DNA of 64,000 nt, taken from the NCBI GenBank assembly GCA_040905385.1, contig JBBDRP010000002.1:459526-523525 (forward strand), read 5' to 3'. Below, one piece after another: positions 57,420 through 64,000 of this stretch; position 1 is the first letter of the stretch, and every line of letters begins with the position of its first letter. The notes below the pieces were generated by a model that made no database searches, was not told where the DNA came from, and saw nothing but the letters and a program-made list of their open reading frames with translations. The stretch comes from Minisyncoccota bacterium. GTDB taxonomy: Bacteria > Patescibacteriota > Minisyncoccia > Phycocordibacterales > SW-6-46-9. Made by a program: the position numbers and the translations under genes.

Positions 57420-57515
57420 TATAATTCTCCTCCTTGCGGAATTTTGATTGTTAAGGTGCTAGTGTATTTCTAGTATAGCAGAGTTAAAAATGCACACGTA
57501 ATAACTTATAAAACA

Positions 57516-57584
57516 TTCTCGCCGTCGCGATCTTGGCGGGTTTTACCCGCAGAAGTCCCGCTAAAGCGAGACGAAGGCGGGCCC
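57516..57584 (-). repeat. direct repeat copy A (distal) of the tRNA-Trp 3' end plus structured trailer
   Basis: First 40 nt are identical to 57921-57960. Overall about 90% identical to 57921-57987. Both copies end with cgggccc. Confidence 0.6.
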
Positions 57585-57673
57585 CTGCCGTCGCATAACC
57601 CATTCTTTGCGTAAAGCTACGAAGGGCAAAGAGCTATGGCAGGCACGGCACAGGGAAAATATTTGGTCACCAG

Positions 57674-57913
57674 TCATAAAAAGTGCCTGTTCATGAAAGC
57701 TCTTCCAGAACCAGACTTTAAATATTTTTCAAAATCAAAAGCCTTGTATTTTTCCTTGAAAGAAATATACATAACTAGGTCAATCGGAAGACGGTCAGAT
57801 GTTGCGGGTACATGACCATTCCTATGTCTGTGAAGACGTTCTTTCAAATCAGATGTGCAGCCGATATATGGTTTACCATCAGCACAACTGAGAATGTATA
57901 CATCGTAATTCAT
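57674..57913 (-). CDS. small GIY-YIG nuclease (YhbQ/UPF0213-like)
   Basis: DVYILSCADGKPYIGCTSDLKERLHRHRNG ... KSGSGRAFMNRH. 79 aa. Confidence 0.75.
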   Translation of the reverse strand: MNYDVYILSCADGKPYIGCTSDLKERLHRHRNGHVPATSDRLPIDLVMYISFKEKYKAFDFEKYLKSGSGRAFMNRHFL

Positions 57914-57920
57914 GACTAGG

Positions 57921-57987
57921 TTCTCGCCGTCGCGATCTTGGCGGGTTTTACCCGCAGAAGCTCGCTATGGCGAGCGAAGGCGGGCCC
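57921..57987 (-). repeat. direct repeat copy B: tRNA-Trp 3' end plus trailer hairpins
   Basis: Overlaps the tRNA-Trp 3' terminus (57981-57987). Contains hairpins gctcgc-cata-gcgagc and gcggg-taaaa-cccgc on the transcribed strand. Confidence 0.6.
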
Positions 57988-58053
57988 ACAGGGATTTGAA
58001 CCCCGAACTGAGGTTTTGGAGACCTCTGTTTTGCCAATTGAAACTATGGACCC
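57981..58053 (-). tRNA. tRNA-Trp (anticodon CCA)
   Basis: Reverse complement GGGTCCA-TA-GTTT-CAATTGGCA-AAAC-A-GAGGT-CTCCAAA-ACCTC-AGTT-CGGGG-TTCAAAT-CCCTG-TGGGCCC-G. Confidence 0.8.
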
Positions 58054-58140
58054 TAAATTAAAATCAAAGATTTTAATTGGGCGATCATCCCGACCTTAAG
58101 TCGGGATGATTTAGCCCAGCACCTTTGTTAGTATAGCAAA

Positions 58141-58842
58141 TTATCCAGCGGATGCAGCTTTTCTTCGATACATTCGATGCTCACGAACATGCATTACAAC
58201 ATCGGCAGCCGTCTTCATGATCAGAAATAGTAGTAACATATTTCCAGCAAAGGAACCAAATATAATAATAAAGTGCATCGGAAGAATTCTGATATACGGA
58301 TAAAACGCTACTTTACCAATATTCTGACCATGTGTTTCCTTTTTGTGATTATAAACATATGAAAATAAGTGACTAAAGAAGAATACTGCAACTACAACCA
58401 GAATAAGACCAAAATCGGGAGACTGAATTGTGCTACTAGCTGAAGATATAAATCCCTCTCTTCGTGAAAAAGTAAATCCTCCAGCTAAGCTGCTCTGAAA
58501 ACTACTTACGAGGAGAAAAAGTCCGTAAAATGTGTGAAAGAAACCGTAGTGAAAAAGAAAGAAAAAAGCAGTAAAATACCGCGTAAAGTTAGTTGGTTCA
58601 ACCTCTTTTCCGTTTATCCTGAAGCCCTCTGTAGAAAAATTCTTCAACTGAAGAATACGGACAAAGTTAAACAGGCCAATAATCACACTCTGAAACCAGT
58701 AAATCCACAGTATCGTCGAGAGCGCCCAACCACCAGCAACTGCCAGGTAAATCGTAATCACGTTGGACGCCAGAAGCATCCACATTGAGTAATCTGCCAA
58801 TATACTGTAGCGATTGCTTTTCATACAATGTATATCTTCCAT
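58141..58842 (-). CDS. polytopic membrane protein of unknown function
   Basis: 233 aa, about six TM segments. Confidence 0.55.
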   Translation of the reverse strand: MEDIHCMKSNRYSILADYSMWMLLASNVITIYLAVAGGWALSTILWIYWFQSVIIGLFNFVRILQLKNFSTEGFRINGKEVEPTNFTRYFTAFFFLFHYGFFHTFYGLFLLVSSFQSSLAGGFTFSRREGFISSASSTIQSPDFGLILVVVAVFFFSHLFSYVYNHKKETHGQNIGKVAFYPYIRILPMHFIIIFGSFAGNMLLLFLIMKTAADVVMHVREHRMYRRKAASAG

Positions 58843-58887
58843 TATATCAAAAAGCCCGACCTAGAGGCCGGGTTCTTCTTCGTAATG

Positions 58888-58969
58888 TGCGCCGGGCAGG
58901 ATTCGAACCTGCGTAGGCTGTGCCACTGGATTTACAGTCCAGCCCGTTTAACCACTTCGGTACCGACGC
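58888..58969 (-). tRNA. tRNA-Tyr (anticodon GTA), long variable arm
   Basis: Reverse complement GCGTCGG..CTGGA-CTGTAAA-TCCAG-TGGCACAGCCTAC-GCAGG-TTCGAAT-CCTGC-CCGGCGC-A. A terminator hairpin plus TTTTT lies at about 58845-58885. Confidence 0.8.
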
Positions 58970-58974
58970 TAATT

Positions 58975-59604
58975 TTACTTATATTCACTAATCCACTTTT
59001 TGAGCAAAGTGAGCAACTTTTTGTCGTGATAACGGACGTGAATTAACCCATGAGGCATTCTGTCAATCTTTTCGATATCATAATCCTCACGAACATAAGG
59101 TTTTATGAATTGCTCTAAATCCACATCTGTTTTTTGTGACCAAAACCTCTTTAATTTACCTACATCATGATTTGCATAGCAATAAAGCAGAATTCGTAAC
59201 TTAGACTCGTCAATACCACAAATTGTCCGAAGAAAATCTAAGAACAAACATATCATCGCTACATCGCTATTTGCAAAATCAACAGTTCTTCCTTTTTTAT
59301 ACTTTGCTCCTTCGGCCCAGTATAGCATTATTCCGGCGACTTTCAATTTTTCTTCAGCAGTTGATAGTTGATCTTTCAGAATAAAAGAAGAGTCCCTGCT
59401 ATCAAATCTTACCCTATTGGCCTGAGACGCATTTCGACGTTCAAGTCCATTTTTACGCATGAAGTAACAGACAGCATCTAGACTGACTCCAAAATTATCA
59501 GCAATTTCTTGCATGCTAAGTGATTCATCATAATACAGCTTCCTAACATCAGAGACTCTTGAGTCTGAAATACTTGCCATGCATATACATGTTATATTAA
59601 ACAC
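58975..59604 (-). CDS. HTH-domain protein of unknown function abutting tRNA-Tyr
   Basis: N-terminal helix-turn-helix (LSMQEIADNFGVSLDAVCYFMRKNGL). C-terminal about 130 aa unassigned (AGIMLYWAEGAK segment). Confidence 0.55.
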   Translation of the reverse strand: MFNITCICMASISDSRVSDVRKLYYDESLSMQEIADNFGVSLDAVCYFMRKNGLERRNASQANRVRFDSRDSSFILKDQLSTAEEKLKVAGIMLYWAEGAKYKKGRTVDFANSDVAMICLFLDFLRTICGIDESKLRILLYCYANHDVGKLKRFWSQKTDVDLEQFIKPYVREDYDIEKIDRMPHGLIHVRYHDKKLLTLLKKWISEYK

Positions 59605-59746
59605 ATATACAAAACAAATGAAGTAGTACTTTGGACAATTTTAGTTTGAAACGAGCGGGGTATGAATTGAAAACTGAGAATAAACTTGCATATGGTCAAA
59701 GAAGGACGAAGTGTTTATGTGAAGGTCCTGCCCGTCTCACAACAAA

Positions 59747-59778
59747 AAACACCGCGTCATTGACGCAGTGTTTTTTTT
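59747..59778 (-). terminator. clpB terminator (bidirectional hairpin)
   Basis: acaccgcgtca-t-tgacgcagtgt, flanked by AAAAAA on one side and TTTTTTTT on the other. Confidence 0.6.
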
Positions 59779-59804
59779 GACTTTCTAGTTTAGACTTTCA
59801 ACTT

Positions 59805-62537
59805 TCACACACCCGCCGGCTCTAGCTCTGAGGGATCAGTGATAACCTCATCAAAAACCTGCTCTTCACCCTTCTTGGTTACATCAAGATTAATCTCTCC
59901 GTCTCGCATATTGATTGATATCTTTCCGCCCTCAAACACGCCACGATCAACCATCAAATTCGCAATCGGTGTCAATACTTCCTGCTGGATGACTCGCTTT
60001 AGCGGACGAGCTCCATACTGCGGGTTGTACCCCTTCTTGGCCAAATAATCATAAACCGGCTCGGTAATATCAAGCGTGAGATCTTTTTTCTCTAGGCGTT
60101 TCAGCACGCGCTCCATCTGAATAGTGACAATTTCGCGCACCGCCTCCTCTGACAGAACATTAAAAATAATGATGTCATCGAGTCGGTTCAGGAACTCTGG
60201 GCGAAACTCTTCTTTTAGCTCATCACGCACTTTATCCTTGGCCTGCTCGTACTCGTCCATGGTTTCACCATGAGAGAAGCCGAGCGTCTTCATCTTATCA
60301 ATATGTTGTGCCCCAACATTAGAAGTCAAAACAATAATAGTATTTTTAAAGTTTACCTTGCGACCCTTGGAGTCGGTAAGATGTCCGTTGTCCAGGACCT
60401 GCAAAAGGATGTTAAAAACATCTGGATGTGCCTTCTCTATCTCATCAAACAATACGACTGAGTACGGACGGTGCCGCACCTTCTCGGTGAGATTTCCCGA
60501 CTCTTCGTGTCCAACGTATCCAGCTGGTGCACCAACCATTTTTGATACCGAGTGGCGTTCCATGTACTCGGACATATCCACGCGAATCAACGCCTCTTCG
60601 TCCGCAAACATGAACTCGGCCAGACTCTTGGTAAGCTCGGTCTTTCCGACACCAGTTGGGCCAAGAAAGATGAAGGATCCAATCGGCTTGTCTGGATCGG
60701 CAATTCCGACCCGGGACCGCTTCACTGCATCCGAAATCTTCTTGACCGCCTGATCCTGACCAACCACCCGCTCTTCAAGTGTCTCCTCCATACGTGAAAG
60801 CTTCTGGGCTTCAGCCTCGAGCATACGATTGACCGGAATACTGGTCCAGCCGGCCACGACCTCGGCCACGTCACGCTCGCGCACCTCTTCCTTGAGAATA
60901 CGGCGATGTGACTGCAGCTCCTTCAGGCGTTGCTGCTTGTCTTCTAGCTCCTTTTGTAGACGTGGCATCTCACCGTATCGAATCTCGGCCGCCCGGCCCA
61001 GATCAGCCATAGCCTCAGTGTTCTCTGCCTCAACGCGAAGCTTGTCCATCTTCTGCTTTATCTCTTTGATGGCATCAATCGTCTCCTTCTCGTTCTTCCA
61101 CTTCAGCTCCAGCTCAGACGTTGTCTCCTTGAGCTCAGCAATGTCACGCTCGATATCATCAATACGCGTCACGACATCTTTGTCCGGTTCACCTTCGCTT
61201 TCATCGGCTTCCTTGGAAAGTGCCTGCTTTTCAATCTCCAGGCGCATTATCTTTCGGTGTGCCTCCTCAAGCTTCTTGGGCTTGTTCTCCAGCTCCATTC
61301 GCAACGCAGAGCAGGCCTCATCAATCAGATCGACGGCCTTGTCGGGCAAAAAGCGGTCAGCAATATATCGACTGGACAGCTCGGCAGCGGCAACAACAGC
61401 TTCGTCCAGAATCTTTACCCCATGGAAAAGCTCGTACTTTTCCTTGAGTCCACGCAGAATCGCAATCGCGTCATCAATGGATGGCTCCTCGACATGAACC
61501 GGCTGGAATCGCCGTGTAAGAGCCGGATCCTTCTCGATGTGCTTCTGGTACTCATTGAGGGTTGTGGCCCCAATAGCACGCAATTTACCGCGTGCCAGGG
61601 CAGGTTTCAGCATATTGGACGCATCCATAGCACCCTCAGCAGCACCCGCACCTACAATGGTGTGAATTTCGTCAATGAAAAGAATTACATCCCCTTGTGA
61701 ATTCTCGATCTCCTTCATGATAGCCTTTAGACGCTGCTCGAATTCTCCGCGATACTTGGTACCGGCAATCAGAGACCCAAGGTCCAACGACACGAGATCC
61801 TTCTCCTTCAGTGATTCCGGCACGTCACCTTTAGCCATACGTTGAGCCAGTCCTTCGGCGATGGCTGTTTTACCAACACCGGCCTCACCGATCAGAATCG
61901 GATTGTTTTTGGTACGTCGAGAGAGAATCTGAATGATACGATTTACCTCCTTGTCACGTCCGATTACTGGATCTAACTCATTCTCTCGGGCCATGTCTGT
62001 TAGGCTACGGGTGTATTTATTTAGCGATCTATTTTGTGGCCCGGCATTCTGCGGTGTCTCCCCATTCTCTCGCAGTTCGTCCAACACCTTCATTACCGCG
62101 TCCTTTGTAATATCAAACTCGTCCAGAAGTTCGCTAGCATCAGAATCCTGCGAAAGAATTGAAAGAAAGAGATGCTCGGTCGAGACGTACTCATCATCAA
62201 GCTCCTGAGCAATGCGGGTCGACTCCTCGAGTGTCTTGGCCAGCTCCGGCGTAAGATAGATCTGGTAGGCCGGTGACTCGGACGCTACATCACCACCTTC
62301 GGCCTCGCCTAGAAGCTGCAGTGTCTGGTCGGAAAAAAGCTCAGTATCAATCTCTAGCTTATCTAAAATTGAGTAAACAATACTCTCCTGTTGCTCGACA
62401 AGTGCCGCCAGCAGATGATTAGGGTTTACATGATTCTGGTCTCGCTCGACGGCCAGCTCATGCGCACGACGAATAGCCTCGCGAGCCTTCGCGGTAAATC
62501 GATTGAATGGTGGTTGTCCTTCGTCTGATTCTGGCAT
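59805..62537 (-). CDS. clpB: ATP-dependent chaperone ClpB
   Basis: Clp N-domain. Two AAA+ modules ([10 protein letters not shown] and [10 protein letters not shown]). Long middle coiled-coil. 910 aa. Confidence 0.9.
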   Translation of the reverse strand: MPESDEGQPPFNRFTAKAREAIRRAHELAVERDQNHVNPNHLLAALVEQQESIVYSILDKLEIDTELFSDQTLQLLGEAEGGDVASESPAYQIYLTPELAKTLEESTRIAQELDDEYVSTEHLFLSILSQDSDASELLDEFDITKDAVMKVLDELRENGETPQNAGPQNRSLNKYTRSLTDMARENELDPVIGRDKEVNRIIQILSRRTKNNPILIGEAGVGKTAIAEGLAQRMAKGDVPESLKEKDLVSLDLGSLIAGTKYRGEFEQRLKAIMKEIENSQGDVILFIDEIHTIVGAGAAEGAMDASNMLKPALARGKLRAIGATTLNEYQKHIEKDPALTRRFQPVHVEEPSIDDAIAILRGLKEKYELFHGVKILDEAVVAAAELSSRYIADRFLPDKAVDLIDEACSALRMELENKPKKLEEAHRKIMRLEIEKQALSKEADESEGEPDKDVVTRIDDIERDIAELKETTSELELKWKNEKETIDAIKEIKQKMDKLRVEAENTEAMADLGRAAEIRYGEMPRLQKELEDKQQRLKELQSHRRILKEEVRERDVAEVVAGWTSIPVNRMLEAEAQKLSRMEETLEERVVGQDQAVKKISDAVKRSRVGIADPDKPIGSFIFLGPTGVGKTELTKSLAEFMFADEEALIRVDMSEYMERHSVSKMVGAPAGYVGHEESGNLTEKVRHRPYSVVLFDEIEKAHPDVFNILLQVLDNGHLTDSKGRKVNFKNTIIVLTSNVGAQHIDKMKTLGFSHGETMDEYEQAKDKVRDELKEEFRPEFLNRLDDIIIFNVLSEEAVREIVTIQMERVLKRLEKKDLTLDITEPVYDYLAKKGYNPQYGARPLKRVIQQEVLTPIANLMVDRGVFEGGKISINMRDGEINLDVTKKGEEQVFDEVITDPSELEPAGV

Positions 62538-62633
62538 GATATATGAAAATATTACTGACTATTACACCTCATACTCGTATCCACTGATTGAACTCTATTT
62601 TACCGCAAACAGACAGTTACTTCAACGGGCTTA

Positions 62634-63368
62634 CTAATCCAACTCGGCGGTCCTGATATGCTCTGTACCCAGAAAAGCACCAGAAGAAGAACCGAAGACA
62701 CCTAGAAGTTCGCCAGAATCACTAAAAAGCAGGCTGGTTGCAGGCAGCTCGCCGGCAGATGTCTGAATTTCCTCATTACTAACTTCGGTGATGGTTACGT
62801 GAACAATTTCCGGGCGCTGAGTTAGTGGAACCACAAAGGCGCCACTGCCGACCTCAGGAACATCCTCAGTAAGTGAAAGTGGATAAATCGTGTTACTGGC
62901 AGCAATTACCTGTAACCAGGAGAAATTATCTGATTTAGCTATAACCTCCAGATCAACCACGACCCCGTCTTCAAACAATCCTTGTGCTTCCAATGGATAA
63001 TTAGCCGCTGATGTTATCACCAGATCGCCGCTAGCGACCGACAACAAGACACCCGCCTGCGGCGAGAGATCTACCGCCTTCACTCGAGCCACAGCGCCAA
63101 CCGCCTTTTCCAGAATCTTGTCCCGAGACATATCTCTAGCAGCATCTGTTGCTGATTCTCCATTATTATTTGCTACATCCTTCATCGTTCCCGTAGCCGC
63201 TGTTGAGGTTGCCTCTGACGAAATCAAGTGTTCACGAATCTGAATCACATCTTTTGGTGCATCCTCCAGAAGAAAAATAACCACAATCGCCGTCATTAAT
63301 GCTGTTACAAAGCTAATTAATAACGCTGTATAGATCAGATCTGTTTTAGAGAAGTTTTCGATATCCAT
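62634..63368 (-). CDS. membrane-anchored hypothetical protein (possible degenerate trypsin-like fold)
   Basis: N-terminal TM. SDSGELLGVFG weakly resembles the serine-protease GDSGGP motif. Low confidence in function. Confidence 0.5.
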   Translation of the reverse strand: MDIENFSKTDLIYTALLISFVTALMTAIVVIFLLEDAPKDVIQIREHLISSEATSTAATGTMKDVANNNGESATDAARDMSRDKILEKAVGAVARVKAVDLSPQAGVLLSVASGDLVITSAANYPLEAQGLFEDGVVVDLEVIAKSDNFSWLQVIAASNTIYPLSLTEDVPEVGSGAFVVPLTQRPEIVHVTITEVSNEEIQTSAGELPATSLLFSDSGELLGVFGSSSGAFLGTEHIRTAELD

Positions 63369-63393
63369 AATTGCCTTTAGTATAGCACCACAG

Positions 63394-64000
63394 TTACAAA
63401 ATCTCTTCTAGTACCGCGAGTACACTATCTAGTTCTGCTCTCTTTGTCTCAATTCCAATCGATATACGAATAGCCTCATCCTGCTGAAGATGCTTTAAAA
63501 TCTCTGATCCATGTGACTTGTCAGCCTGGCAAGCGCTGGTGGTTGCCACCGCAATGCCAAGCGTATCAAGCCTTGTCGCTAGATAATCATGATCTGTATC
63601 GGGAAAAGTAATGCTGATATTGTGAGCAATACGATTTTTTTGACTACCGTTGATAATCACGTCAGGAAAGAGATCTTTTAGCAATGAGATAAAGTTATCA
63701 CGCTGAGCGATAACTTTCTTCTTGTGTTTCTGACGATGCTCAGCGGCCCAAGACAATGAATCCGCAAATCCAACAATTAGTGGTGTAGCTGGTGTACCGG
63801 GCCGCAGACGTTGGTAATCCCCTACCTGTCGCCGGCTGGAAGAGATAAAAAGCGATGCCAGCGGCGTACCCCTTCGAACCCACAACATCCCGACCCCTTT
63901 GGGACCATACATTTTCTGTCCGTTCAGTGTTAGAAGATCTATTCCAAGCGCTTCTGGTCGAACCGTCTCATACAGCACACTTTGACTGGCATCAACATGA
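63394..64000 (-). CDS. cysteine desulfurase (IscS/NifS-like), C-terminal part; gene continues past window end
   Basis: NGQKMYGPKGVGMLWVRR (PLP-Lys region) and ATTSACQ (active-site Cys loop). ORF is open to position 64000. Confidence 0.7.
   Translation of the reverse strand, partial: HVDASQSVLYETVRPEALGIDLLTLNGQKMYGPKGVGMLWVRRGTPLASLFISSSRRQVGDYQRLRPGTPATPLIVGFADSLSWAAEHRQKHKKKVIAQRDNFISLLKDLFPDVIINGSQKNRIAHNISITFPDTDHDYLATRLDTLGIAVATTSACQADKSHGSEILKHLQQDEAIRISIGIETKRAELDSVLAVLEEIL

Noticed and set aside
57585-57660. Possible second or pseudo-tRNA beyond repeat copy A
   Set aside because: The sequence ends gggcccc like an acceptor stem, but I could not fold a cloverleaf with D and T arms or a TTCRANY loop.
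58845-58885. Additional element between tRNA-Tyr and the 58141 membrane-protein gene
   Set aside because: This is just a terminator hairpin (ACCCGGCC-TCTA-GGTCGGGC followed by TTTTT) for the tRNA. No repeat of the tRNA 3' end was found nearby.

Overview
This is a 64-kb low-to-moderate-GC bacterial chromosomal segment (backbone about 45-50% GC). It has compact gene spacing, many small secreted or membrane proteins, a sortase with an IPETG-bearing substrate, ankyrin and PKD proteins, and short DnaX and UvrC. These traits fit a reduced-genome, possibly host-associated lineage (CPR/Saccharibacteria-like), but that is inference only. No rRNA genes or CRISPR arrays were seen.

Core genes recognised: ddl (partial), uvrC, uvrA, uvrB, a PAS histidine kinase plus a receiver-only response regulator, a ROK glucokinase, pgi, class-I fba, dnaX, a Dus enzyme, ftsQ-like, serS, dprA, topA, relA/spoT, parB, murB, an HTH-murA fusion, miaA, clpB and a partial cysteine desulfurase. 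Five tRNAs are present: Gln-CTG, Leu-CAA, Leu-CAG, Trp-CCA and Tyr-GTA.

The most unusual content is a roughly 10-kb accessory island at about 20.9-31.2 kb. It holds RadC, then a tightly coupled operon fic - Type III mod - unknown 495-aa gene - Type III res - two small ORFs; the operon is AT-rich (about 30-33% GC over X/res). It is followed by a GC-rich (about 58-60%) two-gene module: a Nif11-like, arginine-rich protein next to a DDAH/amidinotransferase-fold enzyme.

Three of the five tRNA genes are followed by short insertions bounded by a direct repeat of the tRNA 3' end:
- Two insertions are homologous non-coding elements of about 150-175 bp.
- The third is a GIY-YIG ORF cassette bounded by 67-69-bp direct repeats.
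This points to a family of small tRNA-targeting mobile elements.

Other oddities:
- A secreted protein with two tandem HU domains.
- An XRE-HTH fused to MurA.
- An 88-nt GC-rich nested hairpin after uvrA.
- A 32-nt palindrome present at two distant loci.
- A 665-nt non-coding stretch with tandem direct repeats.
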